This document shows positions 27,219 through 37,563 of a DNA stretch of 64,000 nt, one piece after another. How positions within the stretch are numbered: position 1 is the first letter of the stretch; every line of letters starts with the position of its first letter. This stretch comes from Bacteroidales bacterium. Lineage in GTDB: Bacteria; Bacteroidota; Bacteroidia; Bacteroidales; UBA12077. Location: NCBI GenBank assembly GCA_027859205.1, contig JAQIBH010000040.1, positions 1,825-65,824 on the forward strand, read 5' to 3'. The notes beneath the pieces are model-generated. The model made no database searches. It was given only the letters and a program-made list of their open reading frames with translations, and was not told where the DNA came from. Both the position numbers and the translations under genes were made by a program.

Positions 27219-28523
27219 CTATTCTATCTCTCCTATTAAATCAAAATCATCGGCACTTTTAATTTTCACATTATAAAAATTACCGAGGCGTAAATTCTTC
27301 TTTTCTGATTTTACAATTACCTCATTATCAACATCCAGTGAATCAAATTCTGTTCTGCCCACATAATAATCACCTTCTTTTCTATCAATTATTACTTTAA
27401 ATGACTTTCCTATTTTATTAACATTCAAGCCATTAGATATTTCTCTCTGAATATCCATTATTTCATCCATGCGCGATTGCTTAATGGAAAAAGGAATATC
27501 ATCTTTAAAATTAATAGCAGAATATGTATTTTCTTCTTCGGAATATGTAAAAACTCCTAACCTTTCGAATTTTGCAAAACGAACAAATTCAACAAGTTCA
27601 TTAAAATCTTCATCGGTTTCCCCTGGATGTCCAACTAACAAGGTAGTTCGCAAAACCATTTCGGGAATTTCTTTTCTAAAATATTCTATTAATTCGTAGG
27701 TTTGCTTTTTTGTTATACCTCTACGCATATTGCTCAAAATTTTATCGCTTATATGCTGTACAGGGATATCCATATATTTACAAATATTTGGTTTTACTTT
27801 CATTACATCGATAACATCTTTTGGAAACTTTGCCGGGAAAGTGTAATGTAAACGCAACCATTTCAAGCCCTTTAAATCCGATAATTTATCTATTAACTCG
27901 CTTAGTTTGGGCTCTTTGTAAATATCAATGCCATAATAAGATAAATCCTGAGCAATTAATATAATTTCTTTTACTCCTTTTCTTATAAGAAATTCGGCTT
28001 CACGAACTAAATCTTCAATTGGTCTTGACTGATGCTTACCCTTTATTAAAGGTATTGCACAAAATGAACACGTTCTATCGCATCCTTCAGATATTTTTAA
28101 ATAGGCATAATGCTTTGGTGTGGTTAAGGATCTCTCACCAACCAGCTCTACTTTGAAATGTCCACCTATTGATTCAATCAAGTCCTTAAGATCATATACT
28201 CCAAAGTATTTATCAACCAGCGGAATTTCCTTTTCTAAATTTTCTTTGTATCTTTCTGACAAACAGCCAAATACAAATAGTTTTTCTATTTTATTCTTAT
28301 TTCTTAAATCTTCGTATTGTAAAATAGTTTCTATAGATTCTTTTTTAGCATCGTTAATAAATCCACAAGTATTAATAATTACTATTTCGGCAGGTTTATT
28401 AGAATCATGCGCAACTCTAAATCCATTAGACTCCAATTGCAACATTAAGGACTCTGAATCGACAAGATTTTTGGAGCAACCCAAAGTTATTACATTTACC
28501 CTCTTTATCCCCTTTGTCTTCAT
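27219..28523 (-). CDS. rimO: Ribosomal protein S12 methylthiotransferase
   Basis: MTTase N-domain (VITLGCSKNLVDSE), rSAM cluster EGCDRTCSFCAIP, C-terminal TRAM domain, ~434 aa. Confidence 0.9.
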   Translation of the reverse strand: MKTKGIKRVNVITLGCSKNLVDSESLMLQLESNGFRVAHDSNKPAEIVIINTCGFINDAKKESIETILQYEDLRNKNKIEKLFVFGCLSERYKENLEKEIPLVDKYFGVYDLKDLIESIGGHFKVELVGERSLTTPKHYAYLKISEGCDRTCSFCAIPLIKGKHQSRPIEDLVREAEFLIRKGVKEIILIAQDLSYYGIDIYKEPKLSELIDKLSDLKGLKWLRLHYTFPAKFPKDVIDVMKVKPNICKYMDIPVQHISDKILSNMRRGITKKQTYELIEYFRKEIPEMVLRTTLLVGHPGETDEDFNELVEFVRFAKFERLGVFTYSEEENTYSAINFKDDIPFSIKQSRMDEIMDIQREISNGLNVNKIGKSFKVIIDRKEGDYYVGRTEFDSLDVDNEVIVKSEKKNLRLGNFYNVKIKSADDFDLIGEIE

Positions 28524-28687
28524 GTTGTTATATAATAATGATTATCAAAAAGAAAGATTTGTCATCTCCAACTTGATTGGAGATCTATTATTAGTTACAA
28601 TTTACACCGAATAAAAGATTCCCGTTTTCACGGGAATGACATTATTTATTAACTTTTTGGATAATCCAAACCAAAAAGCATTTATTG

Positions 28688-29638
28688 TTACTTTGAAAAA
28701 AGCGAATCAACAAATTCCTTTTTGTTAAATATTTGAAGATCTTCAATCCCTTCGCCAATTCCAATATATTTTACAGGAATTTTAAACTGATCTGATATTC
28801 CAATAGCTACTCCACCTTTAGCTGTTCCATCAAGCTTAGTAAGAGCTAATGCGGTAACATCAGTAACATTTGTAAATTGCTTAGCTTGTTCGAACGCATT
28901 TTGACCAGTAGAACCGTCTAAAATAAGTAATATCTCATGAGGAGCATCAGAAATTACCTTTTGCATAACCTTTTTAATCTTACCCAGTTCGTTCATAAGA
29001 TTTACTTTATTATGCAATCGCCCGGCTGTATCAATAATAACTATATCGGCATTATTGGCTTTTGCAGAAGTTAAAGTATCGAATGCCACAGAAGCTGGAT
29101 CGGAACCCATACCTTGTTTTACAATTGGCACACCAACACGATCGGCCCAAATTGTAAGCTGATCCACAGCTGCTGCTCTAAAAGTGTCGGCTGCTCCTAA
29201 ATACACATTTTTGCCAAGTTGTTTAAATTGATGTGCTAGTTTTCCAATTGTTGTTGTCTTTCCTACTCCATTAACCCCAACAACCATAATAACATACGGT
29301 CCATTACTTGAACTAAATGATAAATCAATATTTTCTGAATTATTCTCCTCAAGTAATGAAGCTATTTCTTCTTTTAGTATGATATTTAATTCACTAGTAC
29401 CAAGATATTTTTCATTAGAAACACGTTCTTCAATTCGCTTAATTATTTTTAGCGTAGTATTTACTCCAACATCAGAAGATATTAATACTTCTTCCAGGTT
29501 ATCAAGAACTTCGTCATCAACTTTTGATTTACCAACAACAACACGAGATAACTTTTTAAAAACACTTTCTTTTGTTTTCTCAAGTCCTTTATCGAGTGTT
29601 TCTTTTTTCTCATTTGAAAATATACCAAACGTAGCCAT
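28688..29638 (-). CDS. ftsY: Signal recognition particle receptor
   Basis: SRP54-type GTPase motifs GVNGVGKTTTIGKLA, DTAGRLHNK, TKLDGTAKGG. Confidence 0.92.
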   Translation of the reverse strand: MATFGIFSNEKKETLDKGLEKTKESVFKKLSRVVVGKSKVDDEVLDNLEEVLISSDVGVNTTLKIIKRIEERVSNEKYLGTSELNIILKEEIASLLEENNSENIDLSFSSSNGPYVIMVVGVNGVGKTTTIGKLAHQFKQLGKNVYLGAADTFRAAAVDQLTIWADRVGVPIVKQGMGSDPASVAFDTLTSAKANNADIVIIDTAGRLHNKVNLMNELGKIKKVMQKVISDAPHEILLILDGSTGQNAFEQAKQFTNVTDVTALALTKLDGTAKGGVAIGISDQFKIPVKYIGIGEGIEDLQIFNKKEFVDSLFSK

Positions 29639-29766
29639 TAAATAATATTTAAATCTAATTATAAGGTTTTCAGCTGATAAATTTACTATAAAATTGTGAA
29701 TGCAGAAATAAAAAAAGCCTTCTTTAAAATAAGAAAGCTTTTTTATACAAGTATATTTTGTTTGAA

Positions 29767-29916
29767 TTACTTCTTAGCAAAGAATTCTTTAATATTATCA
29801 TTATGCACTATTTCTTGTGCATACTGGAATCCTTTTTCTGATTTAAACATTTTAATACATTTGGTAAAAGTCCTTCCAGTACCTTTTTGTAAACTTGCAA
29901 CTGCTTTCTTAGCCAT
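29767..29916 (-). CDS. DUF4295-family small protein (49 aa)
   Basis: My own translation of the minus strand gives MAKKAVASLQKGTGRTFTKCIKMFKSEKGFQYAQEIVHNDNIKEFFAKK. It sits directly downstream of rpmG, as is typical in Bacteroidota. It is too short for the ORF track. Confidence 0.7.
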   Translation of the reverse strand: MAKKAVASLQKGTGRTFTKCIKMFKSEKGFQYAQEIVHNDNIKEFFAKK

Positions 29917-29923
29917 AACTTAA

Positions 29924-30109
29924 TTATTTAATTTCTTTATGTACTGTTATCTTTTTAAGAATAGGATTGTATTTTTTTAATTCTAATCTTTCAGTAGTAT
30001 TCTTTTTATTTTTTGTTGTAATATATCTTGAAGTTCCAGGTTGTCCTGATACTTTGTGCTCAGTACATTCCATTATTACCTGAATTCTATTACCTTTTCT
30101 CGATGCCAT
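29924..30109 (-). CDS. rpmG: 50S ribosomal protein L33
   Basis: [19 protein letters not shown]...[23 protein letters not shown]. Confidence 0.95.
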   Translation of the reverse strand: MASRKGNRIQVIMECTEHKVSGQPGTSRYITTKNKKNTTERLELKKYNPILKKITVHKEIK

Positions 30110-30128
30110 TTCTTAGCCCTCCTTTATT

Positions 30129-30371
30129 TTAATAGTTTGCAATAAAGCCTTTATTTTTTGCTTCTTTTAAGGCAACTTTCAAGCCTTTTTTTGTAATAGT
30201 TCTGATTCCTGAAGTTGAAACCCTAAGATCAACCCAACGATCTTCTTCTTCAAAATAGAATTTCTGATCCATTAAGTTTGGATAGAATTTTCTCTTAGTT
30301 CTCCTCTTAGAGTGAGAAACATTGTTTCCAACCATTACTTTCTTTCCGGTTATTTGACAGATTCGTGACAT
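30129..30371 (-). CDS. rpmB: 50S ribosomal protein L28
   Basis: [33 protein letters not shown]. Confidence 0.95.
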   Translation of the reverse strand: MSRICQITGKKVMVGNNVSHSKRRTKRKFYPNLMDQKFYFEEEDRWVDLRVSTSGIRTITKKGLKVALKEAKNKGFIANY

Positions 30372-30476
30372 TTTATTTTAATTTTTTATCTTATTTTTTA
30401 TCAAACAGATCGCAAAATACGTGATTTTTATTCAATTATTCAAGTATATTTATAAAAAAATTGCAAGAAAATTACA

Positions 30477-31718
30477 TTATTTTTCTAAAATAAGCTTTCG
30501 AAGCATATTTATTGCCGTTAAGGATGCAAAATTTATGTTTCTACCCCTATGATTTCCAAAAATAAACTTTTTTGATACTACTTTTGATTTATTCGAAACT
30601 GCAATCCAAGTTGTTCCTATTGGTTTATCTTCAGTACCTCCAGTTGGACCAGCAATACCAGAAGTTGCTATTGCAAAATCTGTTTCATAAAGTTTCCTAA
30701 CTCCTTCAGCCATACCTTCAACAACCTGTTTACTTACAGCGCCATAATTATCTAAATTACTTTTACTTACAGATAATATATTTTCTTTTATACTATTTGA
30801 ATAAGCTATTATTCCACCTGCAAAATATGCCGAACTTCCAGATATAGATGTTATTAAATGAGCTATTTTCCCACCCGTACAACTTTCTGCTACACTTAAT
30901 GTTTTATTATGTTTAATAAGTAAGCGTCCTATAAGCTCTTCAAGTTTATCAGAATCGTAACCACAAATTAATTTAGGAATTACTTTTTCTAAAGTAACAA
31001 TTTGTTCATCTATAAGTTTTTCAAGCAAGTTCTGGGTTTTTCCTTTAGCTGTTAATCTAAGTTTAATTAAACCAGGAGTTGGTAAATACGCTACTGATAT
31101 AACATCTGGCAAGTTATATTCCCAATTTTCAAGTATTTCTGCTAATTTTGATTCAGAACAACCCTGCGTAAGTATCGTTTTATGAACAATTGAACTGTTT
31201 GTTGATTTTTTAGCTAACACAGGAAGAATGTATGAACTCATCATTTCTTTCATTTCGAAAGGAACTCCCGGCATCGAAATAACTATTCTTCCCTCCTGTT
31301 CAAACCACATTCCAGGAGCAGTACCAATACTATTATTTATAATTTTGCAATTTTTGGGTACATTGGCTTGTTGTACATTGCGCTCGTTCATTGAGCTTTT
31401 TCTCCTAATAACAAATTGCTCTATATTATTTAAAACTTCCTTATTTTGAATAAGCTCAGTTTTAAAATATTCAACCAAGGTTTTTTTTGTAATATCGTCA
31501 TCTGTAGGTCCTAATCCTCCGGTTAGTAAAATAATATCAGCTAAATGCTTTGCATTATCTATGGCCTTAAATATTTCATCTTTTTTATCTGAAATTGAAG
31601 TTATTCTTAATACATCAACTCCTATAATGTTTAACTCGCTAGCTATCCATGCTGAGTTTGTATCTACAGTCTGGCCAATTAAAATTTCATCGCCTATAGT
31701 GATTATTTCTGCTTTCAT
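30477..31718 (-). CDS. cinA: CinA-family competence/damage-inducible protein (MoCF-binding domain + nicotinamide-nucleotide amidase domain)
   Basis: MKAEIITIGDEILIGQTVDTNSAWIA..., LTGGLGPTDDDITK, C-terminal ESCTGG...GGTEDKPIGT. Confidence 0.85.
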   Translation of the reverse strand: MKAEIITIGDEILIGQTVDTNSAWIASELNIIGVDVLRITSISDKKDEIFKAIDNAKHLADIILLTGGLGPTDDDITKKTLVEYFKTELIQNKEVLNNIEQFVIRRKSSMNERNVQQANVPKNCKIINNSIGTAPGMWFEQEGRIVISMPGVPFEMKEMMSSYILPVLAKKSTNSSIVHKTILTQGCSESKLAEILENWEYNLPDVISVAYLPTPGLIKLRLTAKGKTQNLLEKLIDEQIVTLEKVIPKLICGYDSDKLEELIGRLLIKHNKTLSVAESCTGGKIAHLITSISGSSAYFAGGIIAYSNSIKENILSVSKSNLDNYGAVSKQVVEGMAEGVRKLYETDFAIATSGIAGPTGGTEDKPIGTTWIAVSNKSKVVSKKFIFGNHRGRNINFASLTAINMLRKLILEK

Positions 31719-31721
31719 GCT

Positions 31722-32960
31722 TTAACTGTTGAATTTTCCGATAAATTTTAATCGTTGTAAAAGTGTCGGATGAGAATAGTTAAAAAACACAAACACAGGA
31801 TGTGGAGTTAAATTGGAAAGGTTTGTAACCGAAAGAGTTTTCAATGCATTCTGTAAGTGTACGCCCTTATAATTCTCTGCTGCATATTGATCAGCAACAT
31901 ACTCGTTTTTTCGAGATATTACATTCATAAATAATCCAATTATAGTAGATATAGGACTGTATAAGAATCCAAATGTTATTAATCCTAAGTGAAAACTTGG
32001 AATATCAGAACCTAACGCTTTCGATAATTCCGGATTCCCAACAAATAATGATAATATAAAAAGAGTAAGACCTGTTTGAATTATTGAACTAAATACTGAT
32101 ATTAAGGTGTGTTTTTTCTTATAATGACCAATTTCATGTGCTAGTACCGCAACAATCTCTTCTTTGCTTAATTTCTCTATTAAAGTGTCAAATAAAACTA
32201 TTTTCTTTCTTTTACCCAAACCACTGAAATATGCATTTGCTTTAGTGCTACGTTTTGAACCATCTATTACAAATACATTATCTAATTTAAAACCTACTCC
32301 ATTGCAAAAGGAAGTTATTTCATCTTTTAAATCACCGTCTTCCAGTGGTTTTAACTTATTAAATAAAGGAACTATTAATGATGTATAAAACATGGTCATA
32401 AATAGCATAAAGGTACTTACTACTATCCATGCATAAATCCAAAAGTATTCTCCTACTGTATTATAAAACCAAATAATTAAAGCCAGTAGTCCACCGCCAA
32501 TTATAGCTGCTATAAACCATCCTTTAACTTTATCGAGAATAAAGGTTTTAACTGTCGTTTTATTAAAACCGAATTTTTCTTCAATAACGAATGTATCGTA
32601 AATATTGAATGGTGTATTTAATATATCTGAGGCAAGCATAATTATACCAAAAAAAATCAATGATATAAGAATAATATTTGCGCTAAAGGATCTAGCTAGG
32701 TTGTCAATAATGGCAAATCCCGAGAAATAAAGAAAAACTAAGATTAATAGTAAATTAAAGCTACTTGTAAGTATCGAGAATTTATGGTTTACCTTATCGT
32801 AATCCTGTGATTTTTTATATTTTTCTTCGTCGTAAATTCCATTTAATACCGATGGAAGTTTTGAACTTCTTTTAGTAGAATTTAAATAATCCAGAAACTG
32901 ATCCAGAACATAATCGAAAATTAAAATACCTATTATGAAATAAAAAATGATTTGGTGCAT
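31722..32960 (-). CDS. M48-family (Ste24/HtpX-like) membrane zinc metalloprotease
   Basis: HEIGHYKKKH zinc motif and multiple TM helices. The ATG at 32960 is preferred over the upstream TTG used by the track. Confidence 0.8.
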   Translation of the reverse strand: MHQIIFYFIIGILIFDYVLDQFLDYLNSTKRSSKLPSVLNGIYDEEKYKKSQDYDKVNHKFSILTSSFNLLLILVFLYFSGFAIIDNLARSFSANIILISLIFFGIIMLASDILNTPFNIYDTFVIEEKFGFNKTTVKTFILDKVKGWFIAAIIGGGLLALIIWFYNTVGEYFWIYAWIVVSTFMLFMTMFYTSLIVPLFNKLKPLEDGDLKDEITSFCNGVGFKLDNVFVIDGSKRSTKANAYFSGLGKRKKIVLFDTLIEKLSKEEIVAVLAHEIGHYKKKHTLISVFSSIIQTGLTLFILSLFVGNPELSKALGSDIPSFHLGLITFGFLYSPISTIIGLFMNVISRKNEYVADQYAAENYKGVHLQNALKTLSVTNLSNLTPHPVFVFFNYSHPTLLQRLKFIGKFNS

Positions 32961-33035
32961 ATCTATTATTATTTTTTGAAACAAGGTTTCAAAATTACTA
33001 AAAAGCAAACATTTAAATTGATTTCTTTTGATTAA

Positions 33036-34025
33036 TTAATAAATCTGTTTTTGAAGTTTTTCCAAATCCTTTTTTCGAGTTTTTAATAATGAGATATAAT
33101 ATCGTGTCTTTGTTTTATTTTTTATATCCTTAGACTTTTGTGCCCACGCTATTGCCAAATCTATATTTCCACTTAATTCATTATAAAAAGCTAAATTGAA
33201 ACAAGCTCTACTTGCTATTTCTTTATCAACATCATCTGTATATTTTTTCCACAAATCTAAAGCTTCTTCCCAACTACTATCACTTATAAACTGAGCTGCT
33301 AACACAAAATCTTTATTCCCTTTACTAAAAAAATATCTTGTTTCCGATCTCCATCCAGGAAATATTCTACCTGCATAATCTGCAGCAGCAAAATAACTAG
33401 TTTCTCTTATAGATCTCTCAACACTTGGCATTTTTCTTTCCAAGTCAGCTTTTAAGTAACTACTAGCATCCCAAAGTAAGGTGTCCTTATAATAATAATT
33501 ATCTAATCTCTTTTTTTCAATTAAATCAAAAAGACTCCAATAAATATTAACAGCTAACTCTCTATATTTATAATACTCATTAGGATATGTATTATATTCT
33601 TTATACAAATCGCTTTCCATTGACATATTTATTGAATCCAAAACAATAAAAATATCAGCTTTACTCACATCTGAAATCTTTTCTAAATATTGCCATGAAA
33701 TAGTATCTAATTTATATAAGTCATTCTTGACAGGAAATCCTTTAACATATAAAAAATTCGTGGAATCAACACCGACTGAAGTTTGAATAGCATCCATAAA
33801 ACCTAGACTCATTTCTTCAGTTATCATTTTATAAAGGACAGTATCTATTTCACCATCGTGATTTATATCAGTGGCAAAGTTTACAAATACAATTTTATTA
33901 AAATTGCCCGGAAATTCAACCTTAGCCGGGATTATTGTTTCAATTTGCAATGATGTATATGGCTGACAACTACTTAAGACAATTATTACTACACCTAAAA
34001 TTAATAAATTAAATCGATATTTCAT
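33036..34025 (-). CDS. Hypothetical lipoprotein
   Basis: Signal peptide with a lipobox-like VLSSC. A C-terminal TPR-like helix pair. No catalytic motif recognised. Confidence 0.5.
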   Translation of the reverse strand: MKYRFNLLILGVVIIVLSSCQPYTSLQIETIIPAKVEFPGNFNKIVFVNFATDINHDGEIDTVLYKMITEEMSLGFMDAIQTSVGVDSTNFLYVKGFPVKNDLYKLDTISWQYLEKISDVSKADIFIVLDSINMSMESDLYKEYNTYPNEYYKYRELAVNIYWSLFDLIEKKRLDNYYYKDTLLWDASSYLKADLERKMPSVERSIRETSYFAAADYAGRIFPGWRSETRYFFSKGNKDFVLAAQFISDSSWEEALDLWKKYTDDVDKEIASRACFNLAFYNELSGNIDLAIAWAQKSKDIKNKTKTRYYISLLKTRKKDLEKLQKQIY

Positions 34026-34149
34026 AACTATAAATTTGAATGTTCTGCAGAAAATTAATTTACCACAAAAATAATACCATCACGATAAAAAAAGACACAT
34101 ATTTTTTATAATAAGTACCTTCTTTTTATTTTCTTATCTCATTTAGAGA

Positions 34150-34896
34150 TTAAGTATTCATTGCACCACAAACATTAATTACCTGGCCACTAACATATGA
34201 TGATAAATCTGAAGCTAAAAACAATGTAGTATTTGCAACATCTTCAGGTGTTCCTCCTCTACGTAAGGGAATTTGTTGTTCCCAAGCTTTACGAACATCT
34301 TCAGGTAATTTAGCCGTCATTTCTGTAATAATAAACCCAGGGGCAATTGCATTACAACGTATATTTCTTGATCCCACTTCTTTAGCTACAGATTTAGTAA
34401 ATCCAATTATTCCTGCTTTTGAGGCTGAATAATTTGCCTGACCAGCATTACCACTAACACCAACAACAGAACTCATATTTATTATAGATCCAGATCTTTG
34501 TTTCAGCATAAATTTTTGTGCGGCTTTTGTAAAATTAAAAACTGATTTAAGATTAACATTTATAACAGCATCCCATTGTTGCTCTGTCATTCTCATCATT
34601 AGAGTATCCTGTGTAATACCCGCATTATTAACTAAAATATCAACACTACCGAATTCTTTTTGAATTTCATCCACAAGATTTTGAGTTTCCTCATACTTAC
34701 TTGCATCCGAGGCATATCCTTTTGCTTTAACACCTAAATCCTGAAGTTGCTTTTCTACATCTTTTGCAGCTTCGCTATATTCTAAATCTGTAAATGCAAT
34801 ATTTGCTCCTTGCTCAGCTAATTTTATTGCAATAGATTTTCCTATTCCTCTGGCTGCACCAGTAATTAAAGCAGTTTTTCCTTCTAGAAGTTTCAT
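34150..34896 (-). CDS. fabG: 3-oxoacyl-[ACP] reductase (SDR family)
   Basis: TGAARGIGKSIA, NNAG, YSASKAG catalytic motif, 248 aa. Confidence 0.88.
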   Translation of the reverse strand: MKLLEGKTALITGAARGIGKSIAIKLAEQGANIAFTDLEYSEAAKDVEKQLQDLGVKAKGYASDASKYEETQNLVDEIQKEFGSVDILVNNAGITQDTLMMRMTEQQWDAVINVNLKSVFNFTKAAQKFMLKQRSGSIINMSSVVGVSGNAGQANYSASKAGIIGFTKSVAKEVGSRNIRCNAIAPGFIITEMTAKLPEDVRKAWEQQIPLRRGGTPEDVANTTLFLASDLSSYVSGQVINVCGAMNT

Positions 34897-35169
34897 AAGT
34901 TTATAATTTTGATTATTGATTTATACTGTTACTTTTTGTTAACTATAAAAAACAAAAATAAGGAAACTAAGTTTATTTTTACAAAAAAATAATCTTATCA
35001 ATCCGGACACAGTAAATAAATAATTTTAACAAGCGTAGTCAAACCAATACATTGAATGTCTTTGAAAAGTTTTAAAAAATGATTTTTTTTTTATACATTG
35101 TGAGCTTGAAATATTGATTATATCTAATCCTTAAACGTTAAAATACCTAAACATAAAACCATCCTACAC

Positions 35170-37470
35170 ATGAAAATTAAGATGAACTTAAAGACAAAAA
35201 TGCTTATCTACATTCTTACTGTATCGTCTGTAATTTATGCATTAGCTTTAGGATATGTTAGTTTAAAACTTAACAATATTGCGTTTGATAATGCAAAAGA
35301 ACTAACAAATACCTATGCAAGAGAATATGCAAATTATACAAAAGCGGATTTAAGTGTTGATATGAATATGGCTCGTGCTCTTGCAAACGTATCTATGATA
35401 TATAAAAATCTACCTCTAGATCAAATGTACGACGTAATGAACGAGATGATTTTTCATTTACTTGAAGAAAACCCTAATTTTTTATCAACTTGGTACAACT
35501 GGGAACTAAGCGCCATATGGCCTGACTGGGAAAAACCATTTGGACGTGAAAGATTAACGTATTACAGAATGGATGGACAAATTTTATATAGAACAGAAAT
35601 AATCGATACAGTTGCCGGGTTTACAAAAGGTGCTTATTATGAAATGCTTGAGAAACAGCAAGAATTTGTTATGGACCCATATTATTTTACATATAAGGAA
35701 GGCGAAGAAGAAATTTTAGAAACCAGTGTTGCTGTGCCGATTGTTATGGATGGTATCTCTGTTGGTGTAGCTGGATTTGATCTACCATTACAACGTTTTC
35801 AGGATATAATTAAAGACATTCATCCTATTACAGGAAGTTATTCATTTCTAACGTCTTACAATGGACAATTTGTTGCACACTTTGAGGAAGAAAATGTGGG
35901 TAATTTTATATATGATATAACTGATGAAGAACATAATATATTGGAAAAAATTCAGAATGGCGAAGAATATTCTTATGTTATAAAAAAGGAAGGTAAAGAT
36001 TATTGGGTTTCTATAGCACCTGTTTACATTGGAGAAAGCCTCACTCCATGGTCGTTTGGTTTTGTAGTGCCTGCTCATGTTATTATGGCAGAAGAAAAAG
36101 CGACCCTGAAAAAATCAATATTAGTAGGTATTATCGGATTAATATTAATTGCAGTGATAATTTGGATTATTGCTCATAGTATTTCACGGCCGATAATAAA
36201 GACTACAACAATTTTAGGTGATTTAGCAAAAGGTGATATTGATGAAAGTAAAAAAATAAACACAAAACTGAAAGATGAGATTGGCGAAATGAGTAATTCA
36301 GTTAATATGCTCATTGAAGGATTAAATAAAACTGCAATTTTTGCTCAAGAAATTGGCAAAGGGAATTTAGAACAGGAATTTGATTTACTGAGCGATAAAG
36401 ATGTTCTTGGGAATTCTCTTATAGAAATGCGTAAAAGTCTTATCGATGCAAATACGCAAGAAGCTGAAAGAAAAATTGAAGACCAAAAGCAGAATTGGAC
36501 TACACAGGGATTAGCCAAATTTGGTGAAATTCTTCGTCAAAATAATGACGACATGAACGAATTTTCATATCATATTATAAGTAATCTAGTTAAATATATT
36601 GATGCCAATCAAGGTGGTATTTTCATGATTAATGATGACGAAAAAAGCGATGTGTTTATTGAACTTTTAGCATTCTACGCTTATGAGAAACGTAAATACA
36701 TGGAAAAAAGAATTGAAATTGGTGTTGGTCTTATAGGAAGATGTGCTCAAGAGCAAAAAACAATTTATATGACAGACTTACCAGATGAGTATATTAAAGT
36801 AACATCGGGTTTGGGACAATCTGTACCTAATGCATTATTAATTGTTCCATTAAAAGTTAACGATGAAATATTTGGTGTAGTTGAAATAGCCGGATTTAAT
36901 GAATTTGAAGATCATGTTATTAAATTTATTGAAGAAGTTGGAGAAAGTATTGCTTCGACAATCTCAACAACTAAAATAAATATTAGAACAAACCAGCTTT
37001 TGTTGCAATCTCAGCAACAAAGTGAAGAAATGTCCGCACAAGAAGAAGAAATGCGACAAAATATGGAAGAACTGCAAGCAACTCAGGAAGAAGCCGGACG
37101 TAGAAGTTTTGAAATGCAAGGATTACTAAATGCATTAAATACTGCCAATTTGGTTATTGAATACGACTTAAGTGGTAATATTATTGAAATAAATGATAAT
37201 TATTTACAGCTTGTTGGAATAAAACGTGAACAGATGATTGGCTCTCATCATACCGACAACATGCAATTAACAAAAACTCAGAAAAAAGATAATGATCAGT
37301 TCTGGGCTGACTTACGAAATGGTAAAGCGAAAAAGGAGACTGACCATGTTGAATTTAGTGGTAAAGAATATGTTTTTGTTGCAACTTACACTCCTATTCT
37401 TGATGAAGAAGGTAATCCAATTAAAATTTTAAAAATTGCAACTGATATTACTGGATTGCAAAAAAAATAA
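35170..37470 (+). CDS. Membrane sensor protein: Cache-like periplasmic domain, HAMP, GAF, coiled coil, PAS; no recognisable output domain
   Basis: Two TM segments flank a Cache-like region (PYYFTYKEGEEEILETSVAVPI...GVAGFDLPL). HAMP (ISRPIIKTTTILGDLAKGDID...EIGEMSNSVNML), GAF (GLIGRCAQEQKTIYMTD...IFGVVEIAGF) and a PAS-like C-terminus follow. Confidence 0.7.
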   Translation: MKIKMNLKTKMLIYILTVSSVIYALALGYVSLKLNNIAFDNAKELTNTYAREYANYTKADLSVDMNMARALANVSMIYKNLPLDQMYDVMNEMIFHLLEENPNFLSTWYNWELSAIWPDWEKPFGRERLTYYRMDGQILYRTEIIDTVAGFTKGAYYEMLEKQQEFVMDPYYFTYKEGEEEILETSVAVPIVMDGISVGVAGFDLPLQRFQDIIKDIHPITGSYSFLTSYNGQFVAHFEEENVGNFIYDITDEEHNILEKIQNGEEYSYVIKKEGKDYWVSIAPVYIGESLTPWSFGFVVPAHVIMAEEKATLKKSILVGIIGLILIAVIIWIIAHSISRPIIKTTTILGDLAKGDIDESKKINTKLKDEIGEMSNSVNMLIEGLNKTAIFAQEIGKGNLEQEFDLLSDKDVLGNSLIEMRKSLIDANTQEAERKIEDQKQNWTTQGLAKFGEILRQNNDDMNEFSYHIISNLVKYIDANQGGIFMINDDEKSDVFIELLAFYAYEKRKYMEKRIEIGVGLIGRCAQEQKTIYMTDLPDEYIKVTSGLGQSVPNALLIVPLKVNDEIFGVVEIAGFNEFEDHVIKFIEEVGESIASTISTTKINIRTNQLLLQSQQQSEEMSAQEEEMRQNMEELQATQEEAGRRSFEMQGLLNALNTANLVIEYDLSGNIIEINDNYLQLVGIKREQMIGSHHTDNMQLTKTQKKDNDQFWADLRNGKAKKETDHVEFSGKEYVFVATYTPILDEEGNPIKILKIATDITGLQKK

Positions 37471-37490
37471 AATTATAATTTTATTCAATT

Positions 37491-37527
37491 AAAAAACCCG
37501 TACTATTATTTACGGGTTTTTTATTTT
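37491..37527. terminator. Bidirectional terminator hairpin between convergent genes
   Basis: AAAAACCCGTA / TACGGGTTTTT stem flanked by A- and T-runs. A GTCATTCCTGCGCATGCAGGAATC element follows at 37528-37551. Confidence 0.6.
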
Positions 37528-37563
37528 TGTCATTCCTGCGCATGCAGGAATCTATTTTGTTTT

